Origin: an uncultured Planococcus sp.
GTDB lineage: Bacteria > Bacillota > Bacilli > Bacillales_A > Planococcaceae
Direction: 5' to 3'
NCBI GenBank assembly: GCA_947493585.1
Contig: CANLRI010000007.1
Location: 45-64,044, forward strand
DNA length: 64,000 nt
In this document: positions 62,258 to 64,000 of the stretch, piece by piece
Layout of the letters: each line of letters begins with the position of its first letter
Position numbering within the stretch: the first letter of the stretch is position 1
The notes under the pieces: model-generated
Told to the model about the DNA's origin: nothing
Databases searched by the model: none
The model's input: the letters and a program-made list of their open reading frames with translations, nothing else
Made by a program: the position numbers and the translations under genes

Positions 62258-63345
62258 GCAAAATCCTCTCCTTTTGTATTTATCCCGTTATCAGCTAACC
62301 TCTCCCGGAACAATTCGGCTCGGGCAAGGTCTCGTTCCTTCGCTTCCAATGGACGTCCTGCATACTGCTGCAAAAACGCAGGTTGCATAAAGACCATCAA
62401 TTCATTCAGTATCGACATGTCCACATCCGTAATTAGATGAAGATCGATGCCGAGCCTGACATCTGACAAACAAGTTGCGGCTTCTTCTGTATTCAACAGA
62501 CGGGCGTGGGTCAGTACACCTAACGACCGGTATACCCTGTCTTCAAGGAGCAGCGGAGAATTCGCATTCAACGCCTCCCTCGCTCTTCGTTCCTGTTCAA
62601 TAATCTGCTCAGTCATATTTTGCAAATCCTGCAAAATCTCATACTCTGATTTCCCTAATGTTACTTGATTGGAAATCTGGTATACATTACCAAGCGCTTC
62701 ACTTCCTTCACCGTAAATCCCTCTCACAACCATCCCCAGACGGGATATAGCCGGGATAATCCGGTTGATTTGATGGGACATGGTTAAGGCAGGCAAATGA
62801 AGCATGACGGAAGCGCGCATTCCTGTACCAGTATTTGTAGGGCAACTGGTCAAATAACCAAATTTCTCATGAAAAGCGTAAGAAAGATGTTCTTCCAAAA
62901 GCGAATCCATCTTGTTTGCTATGTCATAAGCTTCCTGCAAATGAAAGCCCGACTGCAAACTTTGAATCCGCATATGATCTTCTTCATTGACCATGACACT
63001 AAGCTCTTCTTCGTCTGATAACAATACCGCACTGGAATGCTGGCTATTCGCTAAATACGGGCTAATTAAATGTTTTTCTACTAAGACTTCACGCTGCAGA
63101 TCATTTAATTCTTCAATATTAATGTGGGTAAACCCATATCCAACTTCCTTTCCTTTATCCAGTAAGACTGAAGAAACGGCTTTATCAACTTTCAACGCTT
63201 CGTCTTCAGAAAACGCATAAGGAAATTTAAATTCGTCTAGATTACGTGCCAGCCGAATTCTCGTACTCATAGCTATATCAACATGTTCACCGTTATTAGC
63301 CATCCAACTGCTCGCTCGGGGTTGAAGGAAACGGTCAATCGCCAA
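62254..63345 (-). CDS. mcsB: protein arginine kinase McsB
   Basis: Trimmed to the TTG start 5 nt after a GAAGGAGGTGG Shine-Dalgarno (363 aa, the B. subtilis length). Phosphagen-kinase motifs [17 protein letters not shown]. Confidence 0.93.
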   Translation of the reverse strand: MAIDRFLQPRASSWMANNGEHVDIAMSTRIRLARNLDEFKFPYAFSEDEALKVDKAVSSVLLDKGKEVGYGFTHINIEELNDLQREVLVEKHLISPYLANSQHSSAVLLSDEEELSVMVNEEDHMRIQSLQSGFHLQEAYDIANKMDSLLEEHLSYAFHEKFGYLTSCPTNTGTGMRASVMLHLPALTMSHQINRIIPAISRLGMVVRGIYGEGSEALGNVYQISNQVTLGKSEYEILQDLQNMTEQIIEQERRAREALNANSPLLLEDRVYRSLGVLTHARLLNTEEAATCLSDVRLGIDLHLITDVDMSILNELMVFMQPAFLQQYAGRPLEAKERDLARAELFRERLADNGINTKGEDFA

Positions 63346-63868
63346 TGTCCCCACCTCCTTCAAGCTTCTCATTCAAGACCTTTACTTGATCTCGTAGTCT
63401 TGCAGCTTCTTCAAAGTTCTCATCTTGTATCGCAGCCTGCATTTGCTTTCTCAACTCTTCAATTTCTTTTTTAATTTTTAACGTTGTTCCATATGATGCA
63501 GGAATCTTCCCTGTATGTTCTGTATTTCCATTTTGCACTCGTTTTAAAATCTCAACTAACTGGGATGAGAAAGTACTATAACACTCAGCGCAGCCAAATT
63601 TACCAAGACTCAAGAACTTTTGGAAAGTAAATCCACAAGATGGGCAAGTCGGAACTTCTTTTCTTACAGGAGTCACAGCGGCTTGCTGTTTTGGAAACCA
63701 ATTAGCTAATAAATTATGGATTGCCATCGGGTCTTGGTCAAAAGAAAAACTGATGTTATGATTTTCTGCCGCACAAACGTGACAGAGATGTTTTTCAGTT
63801 AAATGGCCTTGCTGGTTTTGCTTAACGATGACTGTAGCTGGACGTTCTCCACATTGTTCACAAATCAC
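63335..63868 (-). CDS. mcsA: protein arginine kinase activator McsA (zinc-finger, UVR-motif protein)
   Basis: 177 aa. GTG start. Paired CxxC motifs (CEQCGE, CHVC, CPSCG, CAEC) and a C-terminal UVR motif FEEAARLRDQ. Confidence 0.92.
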   Translation of the reverse strand: MICEQCGERPATVIVKQNQQGHLTEKHLCHVCAAENHNISFSFDQDPMAIHNLLANWFPKQQAAVTPVRKEVPTCPSCGFTFQKFLSLGKFGCAECYSTFSSQLVEILKRVQNGNTEHTGKIPASYGTTLKIKKEIEELRKQMQAAIQDENFEEAARLRDQVKVLNEKLEGGGDIGD

Positions 63869-64000
63869 TTGATCACTCCTTGCCCGTTCGACTCGTATTG
63901 AATAGTAAACAACATCGCCACTAAAATCCGCGCTCGCACTTCATCTCGAACAGGAAGAGGCAGCCTGAGAGTAGAACGATCAATCGCACTTAAAATTAAT
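63865..64000 (-). CDS. ctsR: transcriptional repressor CtsR, C-terminal fragment (gene continues beyond the right edge)
   Basis: Manual translation gives ...LILSAIDRSTLRLPLPVRDEVRARILVAMLFTIQYESNGQGVIK*. The stop overlaps the mcsA GTG (GTGA). Conserved ctsR-mcsA-mcsB-clpC operon. Confidence 0.85.
   Translation of the reverse strand, partial: LILSAIDRSTLRLPLPVRDEVRARILVAMLFTIQYESNGQGVIK

Overview
Every gene I can support in this window is on the minus strand. The window is the conserved Bacillales housekeeping macro-cluster. In transcription order (right to left) it runs: ctsR(partial)-mcsA-mcsB-clpC, radA, yacL-like, ispD-ispF, gltX, [Cys T-box]-cysE-cysS-mrnC-rlmB-yacP, sigH, rpmG-secE-nusG, rplK-rplA, [L10 leader]-rplJ-rplL, a ybxB-like methyltransferase, rpoB-rpoC, rpsL-rpsG-fusA-tuf. 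An ~11 kb block then follows: ilvE-[Leu T-box]-ilvB-ilvN-ilvC-leuA-leuB-leuC-leuD plus a YuiF/NhaC-type transporter. After that come the S10-spc-alpha ribosomal operons (rpsJ to rplQ, including secY, adk, infA, rpmJ, rpoA), ecfA1-ecfA2-ecfT-truA, [L13 leader]-rplM-rpsI, a VOC/glyoxalase gene, an mrp-family ATPase and kbaA. The left edge holds an rRNA-type promoter and leader. The proteins look like a non-Bacillus member of the Bacillales (Planococcaceae-like is only a guess, no search was possible). Two genes below the 60-aa ORF-track cutoff were recovered by hand: rpmJ (9786..9899) and rpmG (49455..49601). Many ORF-track starts are over-extended and were trimmed to the start codon with a Shine-Dalgarno and homologous N-terminus. 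I see no transposase, integrase, phage, CRISPR, toxin-antitoxin or defence-like gene, and no unassigned multi-gene cassette, so I cannot support a new protein-coding system here. What the annotation leaves unexplained is non-coding or syntenic. (1) A 404-bp ORF-free, G+C-rich, helix-rich spacer lies between adk and infA, where B. subtilis carries map. (2) A ~130-nt structured element sits between two intrinsic terminators, between rplQ and ecfA1. (3) The ilv-leu operon and a transporter are inserted between tuf and rpsJ, with the Leu T-box directly behind the ilvE stop codon. (4) A 20-bp interlocked palindrome overlaps the transporter promoter. (5) nusG has no proximal Shine-Dalgarno. All of these are hypotheses that need Rfam/covariation and transcriptome checks.
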